A DNA stretch of 62,503 bases, counting the filler. It is 4 parts of 4 records of this genome, joined end to end, with 100 filler letters (N's around TTAATTAATTAA, not from the genome) between each part and the next. Parts side by side here need not be neighbours in the genome. Positions count along the whole stretch, not along the records: positions 31,827 to 40,426 come from SRR31156797_1977; positions 40,527 to 47,104 come from SRR31156797_1978; 2 more parts are not named here. One strand, 5' to 3'. The notes below the pieces were generated by a model. That model worked only from the letters and a program-made list of their open reading frames with translations. It searched no databases and was not told where the DNA came from. Shown here one piece after another: positions 32,158 to 41,428 of the stretch; the first letter of the stretch is position 1; every line of letters starts with the position of its first letter. The translations under genes were made by a program, and so were the position numbers.

Positions 32158-34083
32158 TTACCAATCTATTTTTGCTCTTCTATTGTCAAAATCTTCAACT
32201 ATTTGTTTGGCTAACTCTAGAGGGTCTCTATTTACTACCATTTTGGCATTTATTGTTTTTTCTGTATCTTCATAAAAGTATTTACTTAGATTTTGAGAAC
32301 CTGATATTGGCGGTTCCACACAGTGGTATGAGTTAAATCCCATAAGTCTGAATCCCAATGCTGCACCTATACCTTTTTCATTACTCCATTCAGGTGAAGA
32401 GAAAGCTAATGGCATATCTTTTGTTTCTAAAGAGGCTAAATCACTTAACCCTTTAAATAATCCAGATGCTCTAGCATTATCTAAACACTCCCCAAAATGT
32501 AAAACTGGTGGAATATTGTACTCTTCTACAATACTTGATAAAGTATCTCCACACTTTTCTTTAGCATCATCTACACAGTAACCAAGTTTTAGTAATGGAA
32601 ATGATGCACAACCATTTGTTAGTATTAGAATATTGTTTTTAAGTAGATAATCTGCAACATCACAAATTGTTTTTTCATACATCACTTTTGGATTATTACA
32701 ACCAACTAAGTTCACAATACCTTTTATCTCACCACTTTTTAGTTTTGCTAAGAATTTATCTCCTCCACCAAAGCTTTCAAATAAAGACTCAACTGAGTAA
32801 CCAAGCTTTGCTTTTGCTTTTGTTTCAGGAATATAAACATTTGAAGAGACTCTATCTTTTCTATTTTCAATAGCCACATCAAGTATTTGCCCAGCTAGTT
32901 TTGGAATCTCATCTAAGTTACTATGATAATGGTCAAGTCCAATATGTATTGCACCTGGAAGTCTTGCTGAGTCATTTGTAGTTATAACTTTTGTATGAAA
33001 ACACTCTGCAACATCCATAATAGATGGATAGATATCTTGAACATCTACAACCCATGCATCTAAAGCACCTGTACCCATTACTAGTTCTGCTCCAATAGAG
33101 TTTGATAAAGGTGAAACCTCTGCTTGTCTATAATTTGCAGATAAACCACTACAGCAAATACCATAGATTTTAATCCCTTTTGCTCCATTTGCTTTTGCTT
33201 TTTTTATAAAAGCTTCATCTCTTGAAAGTTCAACTACACTATGAACAAGAGTTGGAGAGTGTCCATGAACTGCAATATTTACATAATCTGGTTCCAAAGC
33301 ATTGAAGTTTGTATCAACATCACTTACTTTTGGCATACCATATAAGATATCCATAGCAAGAGCGCCACCCATAACACTACCAAAAGAGAAAGCAAGTCCA
33401 CATCTAAGCATTTGTTGCATTAGATTTTCCCAGTCACCATCAGTACCAACTCCTGTTCTATGCATAGCTTCAAAAACTTCTTGATATGCACTAATTGGAA
33501 GTATTTCCATATCTTTCCATAGTTTGATTCTATATTCAGGAGCAAAAGCTTTGATAGTTTTGTGTTCATCCATATATGGTCTTGATAAATCTTCTAAAAG
33601 GATATTTGAAACTTCATCAGCTAAAGTAGATAAGCTTTTGTTTTCATCATATATTCCGAAAGCTTTTGAAACACCAATAAGTTTTTGTTTACCTAAAATC
33701 TTAGTTTCATCACCCTCTTTTGCTACTCTTTTAAGATTTAAAATAATCTCTCTAGACCTTGCTCCATGGGAAGAAACTCCACCAGCCATCCATCTTAAAA
33801 TATTTCTTGATGCTATTACATCTTCATTTGCCCCACAAATTCCTCTTGGAGATTTTGGAGTAATTTTACATGGTCCCATATGACAAGCTTTACAACAAAC
33901 TCCTGTTAAACCATAAGCACAATTAGGAGTCTGTGCATCAAACCTATCAAAACATGTTTCTATATTTTTTTCTTCAAAAAACTTCAACATCTTTACTACA
34001 CCTTTATCAGGTGTGTGTTCCATTACATCTTTTTTAGATGGAAAAGATTTGGTTAGCTGTCTAACCTCTTTTGGATTCATCAT
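32158..34083 (-). CDS. cooS: Ni-Fe carbon monoxide dehydrogenase-family protein (non-canonical, clade B-like)
   Basis: D/B-cluster motif C.YG..G.CCKACHMGPC...ICG; HGH, GICC, GCNN, GCA, GECLDN, EK; the usual DxQC reads DVQD. Confidence 0.9.
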   Translation of the reverse strand: MMNPKEVRQLTKSFPSKKDVMEHTPDKGVVKMLKFFEEKNIETCFDRFDAQTPNCAYGLTGVCCKACHMGPCKITPKSPRGICGANEDVIASRNILRWMAGGVSSHGARSREIILNLKRVAKEGDETKILGKQKLIGVSKAFGIYDENKSLSTLADEVSNILLEDLSRPYMDEHKTIKAFAPEYRIKLWKDMEILPISAYQEVFEAMHRTGVGTDGDWENLMQQMLRCGLAFSFGSVMGGALAMDILYGMPKVSDVDTNFNALEPDYVNIAVHGHSPTLVHSVVELSRDEAFIKKAKANGAKGIKIYGICCSGLSANYRQAEVSPLSNSIGAELVMGTGALDAWVVDVQDIYPSIMDVAECFHTKVITTNDSARLPGAIHIGLDHYHSNLDEIPKLAGQILDVAIENRKDRVSSNVYIPETKAKAKLGYSVESLFESFGGGDKFLAKLKSGEIKGIVNLVGCNNPKVMYEKTICDVADYLLKNNILILTNGCASFPLLKLGYCVDDAKEKCGDTLSSIVEEYNIPPVLHFGECLDNARASGLFKGLSDLASLETKDMPLAFSSPEWSNEKGIGAALGFRLMGFNSYHCVEPPISGSQNLSKYFYEDTEKTINAKMVVNRDPLELAKQIVEDFDNRRAKIDW

Positions 34084-34832
34084 ACTTTTATCCCTATACT
34101 TGTAAAAAACTTTTGTAGTTCTTCTTCTAATAAATTATCAAGTTGTATTTTTTCGCCTAATATATCTTTTTGTCTTATTGAGTTTGAATATGGGATTTTT
34201 AAAGAGAACTCATCTTCAAATAGTTTATTTAATATTTCAAGTTCATCATCTTTATATCCACAAATTGCATTTTTGATATTTTTAACTCCAATATCGTTTG
34301 CTAACTTTCTTGCATCATTTGCTGTTTGGATACTTCGTTTTCCCATTTGATAAACTAAAACTAATAAATCAGAATTTGCTACTAAACCTCTACTTAAATG
34401 CTCTAAGCCTGCTTCGCCATCAATTATAATGAAATCATAATCATCTTTGTTAACTGACCTAATCAAACTTGATAAGGCAGTGTTTTCAACACAGTAACAT
34501 CCATCACCACCATTTTTACTCCACCCAAGAGTTAAAATTTTGGCACTGTTTCCCCAAGAGTCTCCATACTTTTCAACTACATCATCAACTGTTGTATTTA
34601 AAGCATAAAAACCTTCTAGTCCACTTTTTGTATTTTGAACAATAGATTTTAGAAGTTCAGAATTTGTAGATAAAGGAATAGTTTCTTTTGCTCCTAAACT
34701 TTGTGCTAGGTTTGCATCTGGGTCTGCGTCTATTGCTAAGACTTTAAAACCTTTTTTATCTAAATAGTGGCTAACAAGTGAACAAATAGTAGTTTTACCA
34801 ACACCACCTTTTCCTGCAAATGAGATAATCAT
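34080..34832 (-). CDS. cooC: CooC nickel-insertion ATPase
   Basis: GKGGVGKT, DADP..NL, GCYC, D.EAGLEHLSRG; overlaps cooS. Confidence 0.92.
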   Translation of the reverse strand: MIISFAGKGGVGKTTICSLVSHYLDKKGFKVLAIDADPDANLAQSLGAKETIPLSTNSELLKSIVQNTKSGLEGFYALNTTVDDVVEKYGDSWGNSAKILTLGWSKNGGDGCYCVENTALSSLIRSVNKDDYDFIIIDGEAGLEHLSRGLVANSDLLVLVYQMGKRSIQTANDARKLANDIGVKNIKNAICGYKDDELEILNKLFEDEFSLKIPYSNSIRQKDILGEKIQLDNLLEEELQKFFTSIGIKV

Positions 34833-34833
34833 C

Positions 34834-35601
34834 TTAGTGTCTCAAACTTTCATCATTTGCTTTTCTAAACACTTCAAATACTTCGTGTCTAATATCTTCA
34901 AACTCTTTTGAACTTCTAACTCTTGGATGTTCTAAATTTATACTAATAACATCTTCTATTCTTCCAGGACTTGGTTCCATAACTACAACTCTATTTGCTA
35001 AATAAACGGCTTCATCAATATCGTGCGTTACAAAAATAACTGTTGGTTTATCCTCTTTACAAATTCTTAGAAGTTCATCTTGGATTTTATATCTTGTAAA
35101 AGCATCTAAAGCTCCAAAAGGTTCATCCATAAATAAAACTGAAGGTTTAACTGCAAGTGCTCGTGCTATAGAAACTCTTTGTTTCATTCCACCAGATAGT
35201 TCTGAAACTGCTTTATGTTCATTGCCTTTTAAACCAACAAGTTCTATATAACGCAAAGCTGTTTCTTTTGCTTCTTTTTTGTTTACTTTTATACATTCTA
35301 AACCAAAAAGAACATTTTCTAAAACACTTTTCCAAGGAAGTAAACCATACTCTTGAAAAATAGTAACTCTTTTTGAATTAGGCTTTAGAACCTTTTCATT
35401 ATCAATTAAAATTTCACCTTCAGTTGGGTTTAGAAAACCTGCAAGCATATTTAGAAGTGTTGTTTTACCACATCCACTAGGACCTAATAAACAGATAAAT
35501 TCCCCTGCTTCAATATTTAAAGAAGATTTTGAAAGAGCAGTAAACTCACCTTTTTTTGATGGAAACTTTTTTACAACATCTTTTATTTCTATTGTTGACA
35601 T
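34834..35601 (-). CDS. NitT/TauT-family ABC ATPase
   Basis: GPSGCGKT, LSGGMKQR, MDEPFGALD, VTHD. Confidence 0.93.
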   Translation of the reverse strand: MSTIEIKDVVKKFPSKKGEFTALSKSSLNIEAGEFICLLGPSGCGKTTLLNMLAGFLNPTEGEILIDNEKVLKPNSKRVTIFQEYGLLPWKSVLENVLFGLECIKVNKKEAKETALRYIELVGLKGNEHKAVSELSGGMKQRVSIARALAVKPSVLFMDEPFGALDAFTRYKIQDELLRICKEDKPTVIFVTHDIDEAVYLANRVVVMEPSPGRIEDVISINLEHPRVRSSKEFEDIRHEVFEVFRKANDESLRH

Positions 35602-35602
35602 A

Positions 35603-36343
35603 CTAAATTCCCCATCTTTTGTTTACTGCTTTTTCTATTTTTATCATTATGATATTTATAATCCAACCAATGATTCCTATTAGAACCATTCCACAAATAA
35701 TCAAATCTGATCTTAAAAAGTTTCTTGCATCAACAATCATATAACCTAAACCAGACTGAGCTCCTAGCATTTCTCCTGCAACAAGATGAATCCAAGCAGT
35801 TGCCATACCAATATTTAAGCCCATCACAATATGAGGAAAAGATGAAGGGATAATTACACTAAATAGTGTTTTTAACTCACTTGCACCAAAGTTTTGTGAT
35901 ACTTTTAACAACAAAGGGTCAACTTGTTTTACACCTGAAACTGTAGATAAAAATACAGGAAAAAATGTAGCTAAGATGATAATAAATATTGCAGGAGCAT
36001 CTCCAATACCAAACCATAAAACTGCTAATGGAAACCAAGCAACAGGAGATATTGGTCTAATTAACTGAACCAAACCATCAAAAAAAGAGAATACTAAAAG
36101 GTATCTTCCCGCAATCAACCCTAAGATTATTCCACAAATTGCACCAGTAGAGTATCCAGTAACAAATCTACTCAAACTTGCTATAACATGCTCAACTAAA
36201 GTTCCATCTTCTGCAATTTCAACTAAAGCTTTAAATGTATCCATAGGTGAAGGCAGTTGGTTGGGAGTATATTTTAAAGATAAAAAATACCAACCAACTA
36301 CAAAAATAAATATTCCTAAGATACTTAGAAATGTTTTTTTCAT
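35603..36343 (-). CDS. NitT/TauT-family ABC permease
   Basis: LPSP, RPISPVAW.P, LVAGEM, SGLG. Confidence 0.92.
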   Translation of the reverse strand: MKKTFLSILGIFIFVVGWYFLSLKYTPNQLPSPMDTFKALVEIAEDGTLVEHVIASLSRFVTGYSTGAICGIILGLIAGRYLLVFSFFDGLVQLIRPISPVAWFPLAVLWFGIGDAPAIFIIILATFFPVFLSTVSGVKQVDPLLLKVSQNFGASELKTLFSVIIPSSFPHIVMGLNIGMATAWIHLVAGEMLGAQSGLGYMIVDARNFLRSDLIICGMVLIGIIGWIINIIMIKIEKAVNKRWGI

Positions 36344-37305
36344 GCCTTATAAGCCTTCATCGCAAATCTAGAATCTAAATACTCTTCAGGAGTGATAATT
36401 GATTTTGCAACTCCAAAGTTTTTCATCAATACTTGTGTACTTTCTAAATCACTATTTGCAATTGTTAGATTGTTGTATGAAACAATCTCTTGCTCTGAAG
36501 TTAAAATACTTTCAATAATTTCAGGTTTTTGTCCTAGGTATCTTTTTGATAGTTTTGCTGCTTCTTTAGGATTGTTTTCAATAAAGTTTGCAGTTGAAAC
36601 AAACTTATCAACTAACTCTTGTGTTCCTTCTGGGTTTCTGTTGATTAACTCTTCTCTTAAGTTAAGAGTACAGCATACATGGTCTTGCCATACATCTTTT
36701 GAGTAAACAAGAACTTTACCTATTCCTTGAGAGTTAGCTTGTGCACCAAAAGGTTCAGCCACAACAAAAGCATCAACTTGTCCAGTAGCCATTGCATTTA
36801 CCATCTCTGGTGGTGACATATCAATAAGTCTTACATCTTTGTTTGGATCAATTCCATTATCTTGTAGAAGTTTATGTATAAGTAAATAGTGAGTAGAGAA
36901 TCTACTTGGTATTGCAATATTTTTACCAATCAAATCATTTACATTGTTAAATTGATTTGAATTTTTGACAGTTATCACAGAACCATTTCTATGTCCAGCT
37001 AAAACAGCTTTGATAGGAGTTCCTTTTTGTTTCAACGATAATCCAATTGGAGTAAGTGCAAATGCCCCTTGAATTGCTCCTGCTCTTAGAGCCTCTGCTA
37101 ATTCTGGCCATGATGAAAATCTAATAGGTTTGAAATTGATATTTTTATATGTTTCAGTACTATTAGAGATAACTGTTAGGTGGTCTGTGATTGGTAAATA
37201 ACCGATTTTTACCTCTTGTTTACTACTTGCAAACAAAGGTGAGATACTTGTTGAAGTTAACATCGTAACTGTAGCCGCATTTTTTATAAATGTTCGTCTA
37301 TCCAT
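36340..37305 (-). CDS. NrtA/CmpA-like ABC substrate-binding protein with Tat signal
   Basis: Start revised to ATG 37305 (MDRRTFIK, SD AAGGA); GYLPITDH, AEPF, DHVCC. Confidence 0.85.
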   Translation of the reverse strand: MDRRTFIKNAATVTMLTSTSISPLFASSKQEVKIGYLPITDHLTVISNSTETYKNINFKPIRFSSWPELAEALRAGAIQGAFALTPIGLSLKQKGTPIKAVLAGHRNGSVITVKNSNQFNNVNDLIGKNIAIPSRFSTHYLLIHKLLQDNGIDPNKDVRLIDMSPPEMVNAMATGQVDAFVVAEPFGAQANSQGIGKVLVYSKDVWQDHVCCTLNLREELINRNPEGTQELVDKFVSTANFIENNPKEAAKLSKRYLGQKPEIIESILTSEQEIVSYNNLTIANSDLESTQVLMKNFGVAKSIITPEEYLDSRFAMKAYKA

Positions 37306-37451
37306 TAGGATTCCTTTTATTTTTAATTTAGAATTTTGAATTAATAAATGATTATTAGTAAATATTTTTACCAGTTTTTGAAGAAACACTCTAATGATAA
37401 ATTTAAGTATTTAGATAGCAGTGTAATCTCATACAGAGACCTTATTTGCGA

Positions 37452-37505
37452 AATATATCACAAGTATTTATAATTGTCAATTAATGGTAAATAAATTTTT
37501 ACCAT
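37452..37505 (-). promoter_or_regulatory. Sigma70 promoter (TTGACA-17-TATATT, extended TG) plus upstream palindrome ATGGTAAA-N6-TTTACCAT
   Basis: -35 at 37475-37480, -10 at 37452-37457, palindrome at 37484-37505. Confidence 0.6.
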
Positions 37506-37832
37506 ATTTTCTGTAAATAAAAAAATATTTACTATGTTTTATTTTATAAGTTAAACTTATCTATTAAAGATAAAAACAATAATTTTATGGGTATTTTATT
37601 AGTTTAAATAATTAAAACTATTAATTAATAAAAATATTATATATATTTATAATAATTAAATTTAAAAGTTTAATTACATTTTTTAATTTTTTTATAATAT
37701 TGTTAGAAAACTACTGATATCGAAAAATTATTTTATTCTATCTTAAATTATTTTTAATACTATTATCTAAATATAAATTTTCTTTTTATTTTTATATGAA
37801 TTTGCAATATTGTAAATAAAAAAGGAGATTCT

Positions 37833-38396
37833 ATGAAATATATTAAGTTAATAACAATATCTACAATAATAGTGATTATGTTTAATGGGTTTTGGTCAGG
37901 AGAAACAAAACAACAACAAAAAGACGAAAGAATAAATATTAAAGATAACACTCTAACTGATTTATACAAATATGACCCGAAATCTAAAGCAATGATTAAA
38001 AACGCATATGGCTATGCTGTATTTAGTAATATTGGTATAAATTTAGTTTTGCTATCAGCAGAAGGTGGTAAAGGTGTTGCGCATAATAATAAAACAGGTC
38101 AAAATATTTATATGAATATGGCATCAGGTGGAATTGGCGTTGGTCTTGGAGTAAAAGATTTCAGAGCTGTATTTTTATTTGAAAATAAAAAAGTATTTGA
38201 TGACTTTGTAAATAAAGGTTGGGAAGCAAATGCTCAAGCTGATGCAGCAGCAAAGGCAGGAACAAAAGGAAAAACATTGGGTGCTGCAATAACTGTTGCT
38301 CCTGGTATAAGACTATATAAGATGACAAAAAATGGACTTGCACTGCAAGCTACAATTCAAGGTACTAAATACTGGAAAGACTCAGATTTAAACTAA
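37833..38396 (+). CDS. YSC84/SYLF-related protein
   Basis: AYGYAVF, GG.GV, GGIGVGLG, GLALQATIQGTKYWKD. Confidence 0.75.
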   Translation: MKYIKLITISTIIVIMFNGFWSGETKQQQKDERINIKDNTLTDLYKYDPKSKAMIKNAYGYAVFSNIGINLVLLSAEGGKGVAHNNKTGQNIYMNMASGGIGVGLGVKDFRAVFLFENKKVFDDFVNKGWEANAQADAAAKAGTKGKTLGAAITVAPGIRLYKMTKNGLALQATIQGTKYWKDSDLN

Positions 38397-38429
38397 AAAA
38401 GAGAGGTATCTTGATGGATACCTCCTTTT
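38397..38429 (+). terminator. Hairpin terminator
   Basis: GAGGTATC-N6-GATACCTC followed by T residues. Confidence 0.55.
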
Positions 38430-38510
38430 AGAAAAAATAATATTCTCATCTTTAAAAAAAATATATAATTAATTTACTTTTTATTTACTTTTATTTGATA
38501 TAATTAATTT

Positions 38511-38732
38511 ATGGAAAAAAACATTATAAATAAAATTGAAAACTTCTCCAAATATCTTAACCACTATAAGTTTGAACAAGAGGCAAATAAGTTTTGTAAA
38601 AAATATAGGGGCTCATCCTCTTATAAAGATATTCAATGTCTAGTAAAAATAACTTCTTTTTTGACTGAGAACAATATAAAACACAATGTACTTGAAGATG
38701 AAACTATTCAAATAATAGGCCTTTCTAAATAA
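38511..38732 (+). CDS. Hypothetical protein
   Basis: 73-aa ATG ORF; no recognised motif. Confidence 0.5.
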   Translation: MEKNIINKIENFSKYLNHYKFEQEANKFCKKYRGSSSYKDIQCLVKITSFLTENNIKHNVLEDETIQIIGLSK

Positions 38733-38867
38733 TTTATATTGATAAAATCAATAAACTTCTCAATAAATAATTTTTATTTTCACTCCATTTTAAACTAATA
38801 TTCCCACTTAATAATGCTTTAATAAAATAAAGAATAAAATTAAAAAAAGCTTAAAAAGGAGTTGATC

Positions 38868-39698
38868 ATGCAAATAAACAACAATGTTCAAAATGATCAG
38901 TCGGTATATTTAAACGCAAGTCAATCTCTAGCAAAAATATCTTCTGGAGTTGAGTTAAATAGTGCTGCAACGGATGCTGCGTCATTAGCAATTTCAGATG
39001 AACTAAATGCACAAGCAAGCGGAATATCTCAATCAATCAGTAATGCTACAAGTGGAATTGCTGCAATTCAAATTGGGGATCAAGCATTAAATGAACAATC
39101 AAATATATTAAATCAAGTAAAAGAGAATCTTTTACAAGCTTCTACAGATACAACTTCACAAGAAGGAAGAGAAGCATTATTAAATGATATTCAAAGCTTA
39201 CTTCAAAATGTAGATAATATTGCAGAAAGTACTAACTATAATGGTGAAACGCTTTTGCAAAACTCTCCTGATGATTCTGCACCTTCTGAATCATTACAAC
39301 TTCAAGTTGGTGAAGATAGTGAAAGTACAGTGCAAACAAGTTCAGTGCAATCAAATACAGAAGGTTTAGGCTTGTCATCACTACTTAACCAAGATGCTTC
39401 TACATTTACATCAGAAACTGCAAGAACTTTTTTAGATGAAGTTGATGCTGCAATTGACAATGTAAATTCATATAGAGCTGATTTAGGTTCTACTCAAGGG
39501 CAACTTCAAAGTTCTGTACAAAATATGATGACACAATACACTCAAACTAGAGAATCATCGTCAGTATTATCTGATGTAGACTATACAAAAGAGGTTTCAA
39601 ACTTCAATAAACAAAATATATTGGCACAAATTGGAGCTTATGCTGCGGCACAATCTAACAATATAAATCAAAATATTGTAACTAGAACTTTAAGTTAA
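38868..39698 (+). CDS. Minimal flagellin-like protein
   Basis: ISSG..LNSAA.DAA.LAI, IAESTNYNG..LL, RADLGS.Q, DVDY.KE..NF.K.NIL.Q; start could be 38862 or 38868. Confidence 0.85.
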   Translation: MQINNNVQNDQSVYLNASQSLAKISSGVELNSAATDAASLAISDELNAQASGISQSISNATSGIAAIQIGDQALNEQSNILNQVKENLLQASTDTTSQEGREALLNDIQSLLQNVDNIAESTNYNGETLLQNSPDDSAPSESLQLQVGEDSESTVQTSSVQSNTEGLGLSSLLNQDASTFTSETARTFLDEVDAAIDNVNSYRADLGSTQGQLQSSVQNMMTQYTQTRESSSVLSDVDYTKEVSNFNKQNILAQIGAYAAAQSNNINQNIVTRTLS

Positions 39699-39705
39699 TA
39701 GCAGG

Positions 39706-39739
39706 TTTTAACCCAAGGTTATTTAACCTAGGGTTAAAA
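39706..39739. terminator. Bidirectional terminator between convergent genes
   Basis: TTTTAACCCAAGGTT-ATTT-AACCTAGGGTTAAAA. Confidence 0.7.
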
Positions 39740-40315
39740 ATCAATTGTATGTGTTACCCTAACTTTTCTAATAGGGTTATTTGTTATTTTATAATGTTCT
39801 TCACCATTATAAACAAAATAGTTTTTATAGCCAGTAATTGTTTTTCTTTTTACTCTTCGTGGTTCATCGTAACATTCTGTTCTAGTTTCGTAAGTATACC
39901 CATTTTTATATTTTGGTTTATAGTTATTTCGAACTTCATGGGCAACTTTCGCACCTAATAATCCACCAACAATTTGTGCAGCAACTCTTCCATTACCTTT
40001 TCCTATTTGACTACCAACAACTGCTCCTGCAGCAGTTCCTATAAGTGTATCAACACCTAATGAATCATCATAGCCAGAAGTATATCTATCATCGTATTCA
40101 TCTCTAACTTTATATCGAACCTCATGACAAACTCTATTAGGTTCATGGTCATAAACATAATCATAAATTGGTTTTGAGTGTGTAACTCTTGCATAATCGT
40201 AGTAAACATTACCTCCAGCAAATAGTGAGGTAGATAGAAGTAAAGAACCTAAAAGTAAACTCTTACTTTTATTTAGGATATTTTCAAAAGTAATCATGAT
40301 AAATCCTTTTATCAT
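39734..40315 (-). CDS. Glycine-zipper 2TM domain exported protein
   Basis: GTAAGAVVGSQIGKGNGRVAAQIVGGLLGA; the start may be 40297. Confidence 0.8.
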   Translation of the reverse strand: MIKGFIMITFENILNKSKSLLLGSLLLSTSLFAGGNVYYDYARVTHSKPIYDYVYDHEPNRVCHEVRYKVRDEYDDRYTSGYDDSLGVDTLIGTAAGAVVGSQIGKGNGRVAAQIVGGLLGAKVAHEVRNNYKPKYKNGYTYETRTECYDEPRRVKRKTITGYKNYFVYNGEEHYKITNNPIRKVRVTHTIDF

Positions 40316-40339
40316 ATACTGGCATAAGAGCCAGTAAGA

Positions 40340-40426
40340 TTATTTCATTGCAGAAATATATTGTGCTAATGCTGTGATGTCTTCATCTGAAAGTCTTGCA
40401 ACTTGACCTTTCATAACACCTTTCAT
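40340..40426 (-). CDS. Cytochrome c553-like, C-terminal fragment at contig edge
   Basis: MKGVMKGQVARLSDEDITALAQYISAMK* (axial-Met region). Confidence 0.75.
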   Translation of the reverse strand: MKGVMKGQVARLSDEDITALAQYISAMK

Positions 40427-40526
40427 NNNNNNNNNNNNNNNNNNNNNNNNNNNNNNNNNNNNNNNNNNNNTTAATTAATTAANNNNNNNNNNNNNNNNNN
40501 NNNNNNNNNNNNNNNNNNNNNNNNNN
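40427..40526. other. Artificial contig spacer
   Basis: N44-TTAATTAATTAA-N44. Confidence 0.98.
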
Positions 40527-40527
40527 T

Positions 40528-40599
40528 ATTGAAGATGTAAAAGATCAGAATGGTCACGCAGCAGGAACAAAAGTTCAGATTTGTTTTCCTGAAGAATAG
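40528..40599 (+). CDS. C-terminal fragment of a LytS-type sensor kinase
   Basis: IEDVKDQNGHAAGTKVQICFPEE*, upstream of a LytTR regulator. Confidence 0.65.
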   Translation: MEDVKDQNGHAAGTKVQICFPEE

Positions 40600-40609
40600 T
40601 TTAAAGTAA

Positions 40610-40652
40610 TCCGGGTACGACTATTAAAACTATACACCTAGTCGCACCCGGA
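40610..40652. repeat. REP-like GC-rich imperfect palindrome
   Basis: TCCGGGTACGACTA-N15-TAGTCGCACCCGGA. Confidence 0.6.
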
Positions 40653-40684
40653 ATTTGATCATTTAAGGATTAAAAGAAGAATCG

Positions 40685-41428
40685 ATGCAAAATATAAAGT
40701 CTATTATTGTTGATGATGAAAGAAACGGCAGAGAAAATCTCCGTGGCGTTTTGGAACAGTACTGCCCTGAAGTAGAAATAATAGCTGAAGCCGACTCTGC
40801 TCTAAATGCCATTGAAACCATTCAGAAACACAAACCACAATTGGTGTTTTTGGATATAGAAATGCCGGATGGAAACGGCTTTAAAGTTCTTGAGTTTTTT
40901 CAATCGCCGGACTTTAAAGTAATATTTGTTACAGCCTACGATCATTATGCTATTCAGGCTATTCGCTTTTCTGCTTTGGATTACATCCTAAAACCGCTGG
41001 ATACCTTTAAACTAAAGGAAGCCATTCGCCGATTCATCGACAACCAAAAAATGGAAGATGTAAGACTGGAGGCATTTTTAAAAAACCAGAACTTAGAATT
41101 GCAACACAAAAAAATAGCCCTTCCTTTTTCAGATAAAATTGAATACATCACCGTAAAGGATATTCTTTTTTGTCAGGGAGAAGCTAACTATACCCACATA
41201 CATTTAAACGACGGCAAAAAACTGCTGGTCTCGAAACCGCTTATTGAGATAGAAGAAATTTTGTCCGGCTTTGAATTTATCCGAACCCACAAAACCTATG
41301 TCATCAACAAAAAGCATGTGAGCTCATTTATTAAAAGCGATGGCGGTTATCTAAAAATGAACAACGGCACCTCCATTCCCGTTTCCCGCCGTAAAAAAGA
41401 TTGGGTACTACAAGAACTAAAAAACTAA
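40685..41428 (+). CDS. LytTR-family response regulator
   Basis: VDDE, FLDIEMP, TAY, LKP, F.RTHK.Y.IN, VSRRK. Confidence 0.93.
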   Translation: MQNIKSIIVDDERNGRENLRGVLEQYCPEVEIIAEADSALNAIETIQKHKPQLVFLDIEMPDGNGFKVLEFFQSPDFKVIFVTAYDHYAIQAIRFSALDYILKPLDTFKLKEAIRRFIDNQKMEDVRLEAFLKNQNLELQHKKIALPFSDKIEYITVKDILFCQGEANYTHIHLNDGKKLLVSKPLIEIEEILSGFEFIRTHKTYVINKKHVSSFIKSDGGYLKMNNGTSIPVSRRKKDWVLQELKN

